Origin: a virus
Lineage: Duplodnaviria; Caudoviricetes
Direction: 5' to 3' (one strand)
IMG/VR virus record: IMGVR_UViG_3300032236_000109
Location: 1,016-65,015 of that record
Length of the DNA: 64,000 bases
The notes beneath the pieces were generated by a model. It was not told the DNA's origin. It saw only the letters and a program-made list of their open reading frames with translations, and made no database searches. Each line of letters starts with the position of its first letter. Position 1 is the stretch's first letter. The position numbers and the translations under genes were made by a program. This document shows, one piece after another, positions 47,820 through 54,971 of the stretch.

Positions 47820-47988
47820 GGCTCACCTCGTTGATGTCATCAATCTCAAAATCACCTTCTCCGCACTCTGTCCACTCAATCTCGCCTTGATCTTCTTGCA
47901 CCATCTCTTGGGCTTCTTCTTCAGAATCAGCACGAATAAAGGTCTCATACCAAATTAACTGGCTGCAAATTACTTTGTAAGTATTCAT
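47812..47988 (-). CDS. Small acidic protein, DpnD/PcfM-like (absent from ORF track)
   Basis: YKV..IRADSEEEAQE. Confidence 0.55.
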   Translation of the reverse strand: MNTYKVICSQLIWYETFIRADSEEEAQEMVQEDQGEIEWTECGEGDFEIDDINEVSHD

Positions 47989-48269
47989 ACTGTTTCCCTT
48001 TCGTCAATGACTGATTGCTGCCATACATTTATTGCATCCCAATTGATGCCTATTTCTGGATTTCCGTATTTATCCATCATCTCCAAAACAGATTGTGCTT
48101 CCTCATCTGTCAAAGTGATGTATTCTCCGTCTCCCGCATAGTATTCTTGGACGTCCTCAATATGCCACCAGTCCGCATGCCAATTAGGATCAGTAAGACG
48201 GATAATGTCTCTAGGATCAGGGATAGCCTGACCCTCTGGTAGATCAAATTCAACGATAACTTTAGGCAT
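47985..48269 (-). CDS. Acidic hypothetical protein
   Basis: WHIEDV..LTDEEA..VL..GINWD. Confidence 0.6.
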   Translation of the reverse strand: MPKVIVEFDLPEGQAIPDPRDIIRLTDPNWHADWWHIEDVQEYYAGDGEYITLTDEEAQSVLEMMDKYGNPEIGINWDAINVWQQSVIDERETV

Positions 48270-48438
48270 TTTCTGTCTCCTTTACTTCTTCAATATCGTA
48301 AATTTCCCAGTCAATATCTACTGGCTCGTCATCGAGATCAGCGTCCCATGCCTTTTCTCTTGCTTCTTCCCAGCTATTTGCTTCTACTTCTATCAAGAAG
48401 TATTCTTTTTTAATAACCCATCCTTTGTATATAGCCAT
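48262..48438 (-). CDS. Small acidic protein, DpnD/PcfM-like
   Basis: IEVEANSWEEAREKA; GAGGAG RBS. Confidence 0.6.
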   Translation of the reverse strand: MAIYKGWVIKKEYFLIEVEANSWEEAREKAWDADLDDEPVDIDWEIYDIEEVKETENA

Positions 48439-48439
48439 T

Positions 48440-48631
48440 TCAATTCTCCTCAAATCCAAGGTAATCAATAAGTTCTTGTTCAATAGCAAAATACAAAGCC
48501 TGACCTTTTTCTGTATTTCTAGTGCCGCCAATATTGTCTGGATCGGGTTCTATATATTCTCTATCCGTATCTAACGACACTTCTCTAACTACTGCCCAAT
48601 ATACTGCGTCTGCCATGTCATAAACATTCAT
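48440..48631 (-). CDS. Acidic hypothetical protein
   Basis: GAGGAG RBS. Confidence 0.55.
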   Translation of the reverse strand: MNVYDMADAVYWAVVREVSLDTDREYIEPDPDNIGGTRNTEKGQALYFAIEQELIDYLGFEEN

Positions 48632-48632
48632 T

Positions 48633-48839
48633 TCAATTCTCCTCAATTTCAGTAATTACAAAACTATCTGCAACAATTGCGCCGACCTTTAATGGCTCTC
48701 CGTCCATGTAAAAGAAAATCTTTTCGTCTGCGTAATCCTCTTTACCATCCCAATCACCTAATGCAATAGTGACTGGATAGATATTATCGGGTTCGTCCGT
48801 CCAATAGCCCTCGCAATACTTGGTCTGGTATTTAGACAT
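48633..48839 (-). CDS. Acidic hypothetical protein
   Basis: AAGGAG RBS before MSKYQ. Confidence 0.55.
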   Translation of the reverse strand: MSKYQTKYCEGYWTDEPDNIYPVTIALGDWDGKEDYADEKIFFYMDGEPLKVGAIVADSFVITEIEEN

Positions 48840-49008
48840 TTTCTGTCTCCTTTTCCCATTGTTTAACTTGCATATAAACATTCTGAATGTATCCGCAGAA
48901 TGGTATTGCCTTGCACATTTCTACTGCTTCAAACTGATCTTCGGCTAAAAATTCCTCATATTTATAACCTTCTGAATCATGGTGATACTCAATCAAATAG
49001 TAATTCAT
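48832..49008 (-). CDS. Small acidic protein (absent from ORF track)
   Basis: GGAGG RBS; FLAEDQFEAVE. Confidence 0.5.
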   Translation of the reverse strand: MNYYLIEYHHDSEGYKYEEFLAEDQFEAVEMCKAIPFCGYIQNVYMQVKQWEKETENV

Positions 49009-49158
49009 AATTCCTCCCCCATAAGTAAAGTAATCAATACTCCGCTAAACAACATCCCAAATACTAAAAACCAATTTACTGCGTAGAGCTGCGTCTGTCC
49101 ATAAAAACAAGTTATAAATATAAGCCCGTATATAAAAAACAACAGTCTATTCATGGTC

Positions 49159-49413
49159 TTATCCTTCACGAGCTAAGCGAACATAAGGTCTAACAAAACC
49201 TTTGCATGGGATTGAGGACTTAGGTTCATCCACGAAAACCCGTTCTGCTAAATCGGATGGTCTCAAAAACTTATGGCGTTCCTCTGACATAATTTGATCA
49301 ATCAATTCATTCAATGGTTGGTTTACTAATCCAAATTCAGGATTGAGCTTTCCGTTAATCATCGGTTTACGGGCTAATGCTTTGAGTTTGTTTTGGTTCT
49401 TAATGCTCAACAT
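49159..49413 (-). CDS. Hypothetical protein
   Basis: AGGAG RBS. Confidence 0.6.
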   Translation of the reverse strand: MLSIKNQNKLKALARKPMINGKLNPEFGLVNQPLNELIDQIMSEERHKFLRPSDLAERVFVDEPKSSIPCKGFVRPYVRLAREG

Positions 49414-49597
49414 GGTAAATCTCCTATAAAAGCCTGACCCTCAATAGCAAAATGCTACCTTGCGTCTCAGCTAAAGTTAAAAAATAATTCTCAACACTTA
49501 AGTGATGAATTCATACCCCCGTTAATTCAACGGGTAAAACATAGGGTAAACCCTACTCCAAAATACCCCCTTTAAATGAGGTATTTCAGGGAAGTGT

Positions 49598-49804
49598 CTA
49601 TTCTGTGAAAAAATCCTCTTCTTTCCCGTTCATGGTTGTGCCATCCCGCCAAGTAAGCCCTATGGTGTGGTCATTCTGTAAGCACGTTATATTCCACCAC
49701 TGCTCCCCATCGTCATAAAAGCCCGTAAACACTTCATAGCCCTTGTGATGCTGGAATACCCTCTTGCCCTCTGCTAGTGCCGCTTTAATCTCGCTTAGTG
49801 TCAT
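49598..49804 (-). CDS. Hypothetical early protein
   Basis: MTLSEIKAAL..G.RVF..IGL. Confidence 0.6.
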   Translation of the reverse strand: MTLSEIKAALAEGKRVFQHHKGYEVFTGFYDDGEQWWNITCLQNDHTIGLTWRDGTTMNGKEEDFFTE

Positions 49805-50056
49805 TTCAAACCCCTATTAAAGTTTTGCAAATACTCCATGATCGGTAAAACTTGGTATTTCTTAAGGTTTACTGCCTGCGCTACTTTCTCGCTGAATGTT
49901 TCCAATACTGCTACCTTATCGGCTCGCCTAACAATTACCCATGATGTAGTCATTTCAAGCCCCTATAAATGGCTATAAACTCGGCTACTTGCTGGGCGGT
50001 CAATATGCCCTTAGCGTAAGCCCTTGTAAGTGTGTAGTGTGTCCACTGGTGGTTTG

Positions 50057-50428
50057 TCATGCTGTAATCTCCTCTAGGTTTACTGCTTCGGCTGTAATCT
50101 TTTCAATCTGGAAGGTATAAATACAATCCCACAATTGAATGTCTGCTTCTTTCCATGATTCAATTTCCCATTCTGCGGCTTTGCAGCCGTCTGCATTTTC
50201 CATAATTGAAATATCTACTCTGCCCGCTTCATCACAAGAATTCAGCTCCATGCAGCTACTATCGCCGCCTGTAAAGTCTAAGAGCTGCTGCAAAAGCCCG
50301 TCTAGGGTCTCTGCCTTGAATAGCTGGTTTCCGTCAATAATCCCGCCAGTGTGCGGAATGCATCCCTCTTGATAGATATCTTCCTCGTAAAACTTTACCC
50401 ATCCATTAGCTTGATAGTATGTGTTCAT
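50057..50428 (-). CDS. Acidic hypothetical early protein
   Basis: GAGG RBS; ATGA coupling. Confidence 0.6.
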   Translation of the reverse strand: MNTYYQANGWVKFYEEDIYQEGCIPHTGGIIDGNQLFKAETLDGLLQQLLDFTGGDSSCMELNSCDEAGRVDISIMENADGCKAAEWEIESWKEADIQLWDCIYTFQIEKITAEAVNLEEITA

Positions 50429-50631
50429 GCTGCTTCCTCGCTTTCGTTGTAGTCTTCTCGTTCAATGCTGCGTAATTCGTCTAGCTCGTTTAAGTAGATT
50501 TGTAATTCATCGTTTAAGGCTTCTGGTAGGTCTGGCGCTAAATCCTCTACCATTCCATCATTCCAAATTGCAATAACCTTGTATTCAATAATTCCAAAAT
50601 CCCCGTCTGCTATTGTGTTGGTTCTTTTCAT
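50425..50631 (-). CDS. Acidic hypothetical early protein
   Basis: ATGA coupling. Confidence 0.55.
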   Translation of the reverse strand: MKRTNTIADGDFGIIEYKVIAIWNDGMVEDLAPDLPEALNDELQIYLNELDELRSIEREDYNESEEAA

Positions 50632-50981
50632 GCTGCACCCTCCTCTTGTGGGTCAAATTGCTCCAAATATTCAACATCATCAGGATGTAGGCTATCCCTG
50701 TCTAAGTCTTGAAGATCAAAAATGAATCCTTCTTCTCCGCTATAAGGCAAGGAATGCCAAACTTCTAGCGTGTCAGGTGTGCCGCTACATAGCATGGCTA
50801 CTTGATACTCGCTATTAACTAGGAAAACATAGCCCGAATTCATGTTAAAAGCTGGGCGCACTTCGTTATCCCAAAAATCGGACGGAAGCCCGCTTTCATT
50901 CCATGCGTGAAGGATCTTTTCCAGCTCTACCCGTTCACGATAGCCAAATTTACTCAAGTCCTCTGTATATGCGTTTTGCAT
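50628..50981 (-). CDS. Hypothetical early protein
   Basis: DLSKFGYRE..FNMNSGYVFL.N. Confidence 0.6.
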   Translation of the reverse strand: MQNAYTEDLSKFGYRERVELEKILHAWNESGLPSDFWDNEVRPAFNMNSGYVFLVNSEYQVAMLCSGTPDTLEVWHSLPYSGEEGFIFDLQDLDRDSLHPDDVEYLEQFDPQEEGAA

Positions 50982-50983
50982 AA

Positions 50984-51292
50984 TTAAGCCGCCTTTCTGA
51001 TTTGTACGTCATTGAATCGGACTGCATCTAAACCTCTTATAAAAGCATGCATAGCGTTAAATAACTCCCGCTTTGTTGTGTGATAGCTTATAAGTGGAGT
51101 ATTTACCCCGCCACTTGTGTTGCTCATGCGATGCAAACAAACTCCCCCGTATGCGTGGCTTATATGATAGTTGCCAATATTGGCGCAAAATTTTCCGTTT
51201 TGATCCTTAGAATATGGCTCCAATGGGCTATTAGTTAGCTCGTTCAAGTATGTTGCTAGACTGTCCAGTTGTTTATCTGTGATTCTTTGCAA
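50984..51292 (-). CDS. Hypothetical early protein
   Basis: GAGGAG RBS; TTG start. Confidence 0.6.
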   Translation of the reverse strand: MQRITDKQLDSLATYLNELTNSPLEPYSKDQNGKFCANIGNYHISHAYGGVCLHRMSNTSGGVNTPLISYHTTKRELFNAMHAFIRGLDAVRFNDVQIRKAA

Positions 51293-51311
51293 GATAATTC
51301 TCCTCGGTTTA

Positions 51312-51488
51312 TTAGTTTGTTGCGGTTTTTTGGTCGGCTGCGCTGCGCTTTTCTGCTGCCGTATTTACTTGGTTGATGATTCTAAGCCCGCCATTACTCC
51401 AGCCAATGGCTGAAGCTCTGGCATCCTTCAAAGTCTTAAAACTATGGATAGTGCCGTCTGCTGCTTTAATGGTGTATTTAATTGCCAT
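51312..51488 (-). CDS. Small early protein directly downstream of the hammerhead
   Basis: GAAGGAG RBS before MAIKYT. Confidence 0.6.
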   Translation of the reverse strand: MAIKYTIKAADGTIHSFKTLKDARASAIGWSNGGLRIINQVNTAAEKRSAADQKTATN

Positions 51489-51507
51489 AATCACTCCTTC
51501 AATTGTT

Positions 51508-51568
51508 GATCTCATCAGTAAGGGCTTAACCCTCAGACGGGATTGCTCCCGTTTCGATCTGTTAAGCG
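51508..51568 (-). ncRNA. Hammerhead ribozyme, type II, with pseudoknot
   Basis: Minus strand reads GCTTAACA GATC GAAAC GGGA GCAA TCCC GTC TGAGGG TTAAG CCCTTA CTGATGA GATC: full core, three stems, and a 5' arm able to pair with loop I. Confidence 0.93.
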
Positions 51569-51786
51569 TGTTGCAGTTGCCATACTGCTTCTGCTTCTGC
51601 TTGCTCTTTTAAAAGCCCGTCATAATGCTTAATCCAGTCTAAACAGTCAGATACGCTAGTAAGATATACGCATCCATTAGGGTGCATTAGTGCGTATGGG
51701 TTTGTAGATGGAAAATCTCTGCTAGTCTTTAAGTCAATGTAATAAGTAGCGTATTCGGTCTGAATGGTTGCGGTAAATGTTTTCAT
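51562..51786 (-). CDS. Hypothetical early protein (first gene of the operon)
   Basis: GAAGGAG RBS. Confidence 0.6.
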   Translation of the reverse strand: MKTFTATIQTEYATYYIDLKTSRDFPSTNPYALMHPNGCVYLTSVSDCLDWIKHYDGLLKEQAEAEAVWQLQHA

Positions 51787-51829
51787 GGTATAGCTCCTTC
51801 ATGGTTGTGGGTTGTGCTGCTATGTATGA

Positions 51830-51873
51830 ATTAGATCACCAGTAAATAGACAAAATCTTGACCTAGATCAAGA
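51830..51873 (-). promoter_or_regulatory. FNR/CRP-family class II promoter candidate
   Basis: TTGAC-CTAG-ATCAA (51858-51871) centred at -41.5 relative to a TCTAAT -10 (51835-51830). Confidence 0.6.
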
Positions 51874-51909
51874 AAATGACAAATAGTTTTCCACAATGTG
51901 AGAAAGTTT

Positions 51910-51934
51910 AAGAAAAGCGGGTTATTAGCCCGCC
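51910..51934 (-). terminator. Intrinsic terminator (minus strand)
   Basis: GCGGGCT-AAT-AACCCGC followed by TTTTCTT. Confidence 0.6.
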
Positions 51935-51942
51935 TTCCTTTG

Positions 51943-52098
51943 CTACTTGCTACGGATTAGGTCATGCGATCTTAGCAAGGCACAAGCAAATAACTCTTTG
52001 GCTAAGTCTGGCATCTCCTGATACTTTGGATCATCCTCAAATACTGTCGCCAGCGTGTCTAGTGCTAATTGAATCTCTTGTTCTGTGTATGTGTTCAA
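51943..52098 (-). CDS. 51-aa hypothetical protein (absent from ORF track)
   Basis: GGAG RBS; TTG start; followed by a terminator. Confidence 0.5.
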   Translation of the reverse strand: MNTYTEQEIQLALDTLATVFEDDPKYQEMPDLAKELFACALLRSHDLIRSK

Positions 52099-52367
52099 GA
52101 TGTTAATTCTCCAGTTGTTTAAGGTTGCGGTATTGCTTCCTTAACTACAAGACGATTGAAAACCCCAAAAGTCAGGGCAAGATACAAAATATTTTTTCGG
52201 CTGCCTAGGGGTTTTCTGCTGCAAAAAGTCGGGGCGCTGCCGTCATCCTGACAAATTTAAAAGCCCGCTATTTGTTCCGACTGGATAGCTTGGATCAATC
52301 TCATGTAAGGGAAGATAGAGTTCATAGAGGGAATATAAGAGGGTAAGTATCTGCCTAGAGTTAAAGC

Positions 52368-52410
52368 ATGACATCCTAGTGCATCATTACTACTGTGTTT
52401 ATATACAGTA
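52368..52410 (+). promoter_or_regulatory. SOS (LexA) box overlapping the putative terS promoter
   Basis: TACTGTGTTTATATACAGTA at 52391-52410; ATGACA-17-TACTGT. Confidence 0.75.
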
Positions 52411-52453
52411 ATCTATGCTATCATCTAGCTATACTCAATTCATACCCTATTCA

Positions 52454-53146
52454 ATGAGACTGCCGAAGTTAAGTAAAGCCCAAATAAAAGAAAGCCTAGA
52501 GCAGACGCCAGCTCATGTCATTCTAGCGGGTAAGAGACAGCTAACCCATAAGCAGAAGCAATATTGCAAAGGGATTGTAGAGGGATTGACCAAGACAGAA
52601 GCCTATGCAAGAGCTTACAAACACAAGGGAAAGCGTAAAACAATGTCAGACAATGCTAGCAGACTGAGCAACGATAGCAGAATAAAAGCAGAGGTCGAAG
52701 CTCTAGAGAGGGCTAAACAGTTCGAAGCGATGTATTCTCTTGGACAATTAAGGACACTTGTTATTTCACAATTGACAAAGGAAGCAGTCGATCCCCAGTC
52801 CAAGCCCGCAGAACGGATTAGCGCACTGTCTAAGCTAGGACAAGTCGCAGAGCTCGGAGTATTCGTAGCACGCACTGAGACCAAGATCATCAAGGATAGT
52901 GAGACCGCTAAGAATGAACTAATGGAGCAGCTTAAGCAAGCCCTAGCAGATGACGCAAGGACAATAGACTCAGATGTCGATGAGCTAATGGCACAGATCA
53001 ACAAGCCCGCCGCCATCGCAGATGCCGACCCAGCGACCCCACCTATCCCCGACCCCACCTCTGAGCAAATTGACGGGTCCCCTGCATTACATAGTACTCC
53101 AGACAAACGATCCGTAGAGACAGACAAACAATCCCATGACGCATAA
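52454..53146 (+). CDS. terS: Terminase small subunit
   Basis: LTHKQKQY..TEAYARAY..ASRL..I; upstream of TerL; start uncertain (52415 possible). Confidence 0.7.
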   Translation: MRLPKLSKAQIKESLEQTPAHVILAGKRQLTHKQKQYCKGIVEGLTKTEAYARAYKHKGKRKTMSDNASRLSNDSRIKAEVEALERAKQFEAMYSLGQLRTLVISQLTKEAVDPQSKPAERISALSKLGQVAELGVFVARTETKIIKDSETAKNELMEQLKQALADDARTIDSDVDELMAQINKPAAIADADPATPPIPDPTSEQIDGSPALHSTPDKRSVETDKQSHDA

Positions 53147-53248
53147 TTCCTGTTGCAAAAAAACAACGCTGTCAACGGTTGACACTTTTTATAGGGAAAG
53201 GCACCCCCTTGTGTTTCTAAACGCATAGGGTGGGGGGTATATTTTTTT

Positions 53249-53479
53249 ATGACAGAGAAACAGGCTTACATCTACGACATCATTAATAAGTGGTGGATTA
53301 AACATGGGTTCGCCCCCTCTATAGATGACATCATGGATATCACTGGAGATAAGGGTAGAGGGAACGTTCATAGGACAATGAAGAGATTAGTAGAGTTAGG
53401 GCATTGCAAGATGCTACCCCGCCGGGCGAGGAGTATTCGTCCCTCTTATCTTAGAGTGAATAAACTGGACGCTGAATGA
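53249..53479 (+). CDS. LexA-type winged-helix DNA-binding domain without protease domain
   Basis: MTEKQ..IYD.I..HGFAPS..DI..G..NVHR..L..G..RSIR aligns with the LexA N-terminal domain. Confidence 0.8.
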   Translation: MTEKQAYIYDIINKWWIKHGFAPSIDDIMDITGDKGRGNVHRTMKRLVELGHCKMLPRRARSIRPSYLRVNKLDAE

Positions 53480-54963
53480 ACTTAGATGCTCTTCTAGCTA
53501 AACTGCCCCCAAGTGAGCAAGCGGACTTCTTGGAAAAGGCGCAAGCCTACATATCGTCTATTAAGCGGGAAAAGAGCCAAGAAGACTTTATGAAGTTTGT
53601 TCATACGCTCTGGCACGGGTTTGTAGATGGCGCCCACCACAAGATTATGGCTAAGAAATTTCAGGAGATTGCAGATGGCAAATGTAAGCGTCTTATTATT
53701 AATATGCCTCCTCGTCACACAAAGTCTGAGTTTGCTAGTTACCTTCTACCTGCTTGGTTCCTTGGAAAATTCCCTAAGAAGAAAGTCATTCAGACGTCTC
53801 ATACGGCGGAGCTTGCGGTGGGGTTTGGGCGGAAGGTGAGGAACCTTGTTGGTTCCGAGGCTTATGCCGAAATTTTCCCGGGTGTGGGGCTAAAAAGCGA
53901 TTCAAAAGCAGCGGGGCGCTGGGCAACTAACAAGGGGGGAGACTATTTTGCGATCGGTGTTGGCGGTACTGTAACTGGTAAAGGTGCGGATCTTCTGATT
54001 ATTGACGATCCCCATTCTGAGCAAGAAGCGGCGATTGCCTCTACTAATCCAGAAGTCTATGACAAGGTTTATGAGTGGTACTCCTCTGGTCCACGCCAGC
54101 GTTTACAGCCGGGCGGCGCAATTGTAGTCGTTATGACCCGTTGGAGTCTGAGGGATTTAACGGGGCGGATTTTAAAATCTTCCATAGAGCGAGACGGCGA
54201 TGAGTGGGAAGTCATTAACTTTCCAGCAATCCTAGATAACAATAAACCTCTCTGGCCCGCATTCTGGCCCATAGAAGAACTGTTAGCTCTGAAGGAAGAA
54301 TTGCCTGTTTCCAAGTGGAATGCCCAGTACCAACAAAGCCCTACGAGTGAAGAGGGTGCGCTAGTAAAAAGAGAGTGGTGGCAAACATGGAAGGGCGATA
54401 GGGCGCCCGCCTGTGAATTTATCATCCAATCTTGGGATACCGCTTTTACTAAAAACGAGCGCAGCGACTACTCTGCCTGTACTACGTGGGGAGTCTTTTA
54501 TAAAGATGAAGACCAAAAAGACCCCAATATTATTCTCTTGGATGCTTTTAAAGAACGCCTAGAGTTCCCTGAATTAAAGAAGCGGGCTTTAGAGGAATAC
54601 AAACACTGGGAACCAGATGCATTCGTGATTGAGGGAAAGGCGTCAGGACTGCCGTTAATCTTTGAATTGCGAAGGATGGGTATACCCGTACAAGAGTTTA
54701 CACCTACTCGTGGCAATGATAAGATAGCTCGACTGAACTCTGTAACAGATTTATTTGCATCCGGCAAGGTCTGGGCGCCGGGAACAAGATGGGCTGATGA
54801 AGTGATGGAAGAGATGGCGGCGTTTCCAAACTCGGAACATGACGACTTAGTGGATAGTGCCACTCAAGCGTTAATCCGGTTTCGAAAGGGCGGTTTCATT
54901 TCACTCCCATCAGATGATGATGATGACGAACCAATTTATAGACGCAAAGCTGCGTATTACTAG
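53476..54963 (+). CDS. terL: Terminase large subunit
   Basis: MPPRHTKS Walker A, LIIDD Walker B, YQQSP, SWDTA, HDDLVD. Confidence 0.95.
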   Translation: MNLDALLAKLPPSEQADFLEKAQAYISSIKREKSQEDFMKFVHTLWHGFVDGAHHKIMAKKFQEIADGKCKRLIINMPPRHTKSEFASYLLPAWFLGKFPKKKVIQTSHTAELAVGFGRKVRNLVGSEAYAEIFPGVGLKSDSKAAGRWATNKGGDYFAIGVGGTVTGKGADLLIIDDPHSEQEAAIASTNPEVYDKVYEWYSSGPRQRLQPGGAIVVVMTRWSLRDLTGRILKSSIERDGDEWEVINFPAILDNNKPLWPAFWPIEELLALKEELPVSKWNAQYQQSPTSEEGALVKREWWQTWKGDRAPACEFIIQSWDTAFTKNERSDYSACTTWGVFYKDEDQKDPNIILLDAFKERLEFPELKKRALEEYKHWEPDAFVIEGKASGLPLIFELRRMGIPVQEFTPTRGNDKIARLNSVTDLFASGKVWAPGTRWADEVMEEMAAFPNSEHDDLVDSATQALIRFRKGGFISLPSDDDDDEPIYRRKAAYY

Positions 54964-54971
54964 GAACCACT

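Noticed and set aside
52615-53226. 203-aa antisense ORF
   Set aside because: Mirror of terS with no recognisable motif
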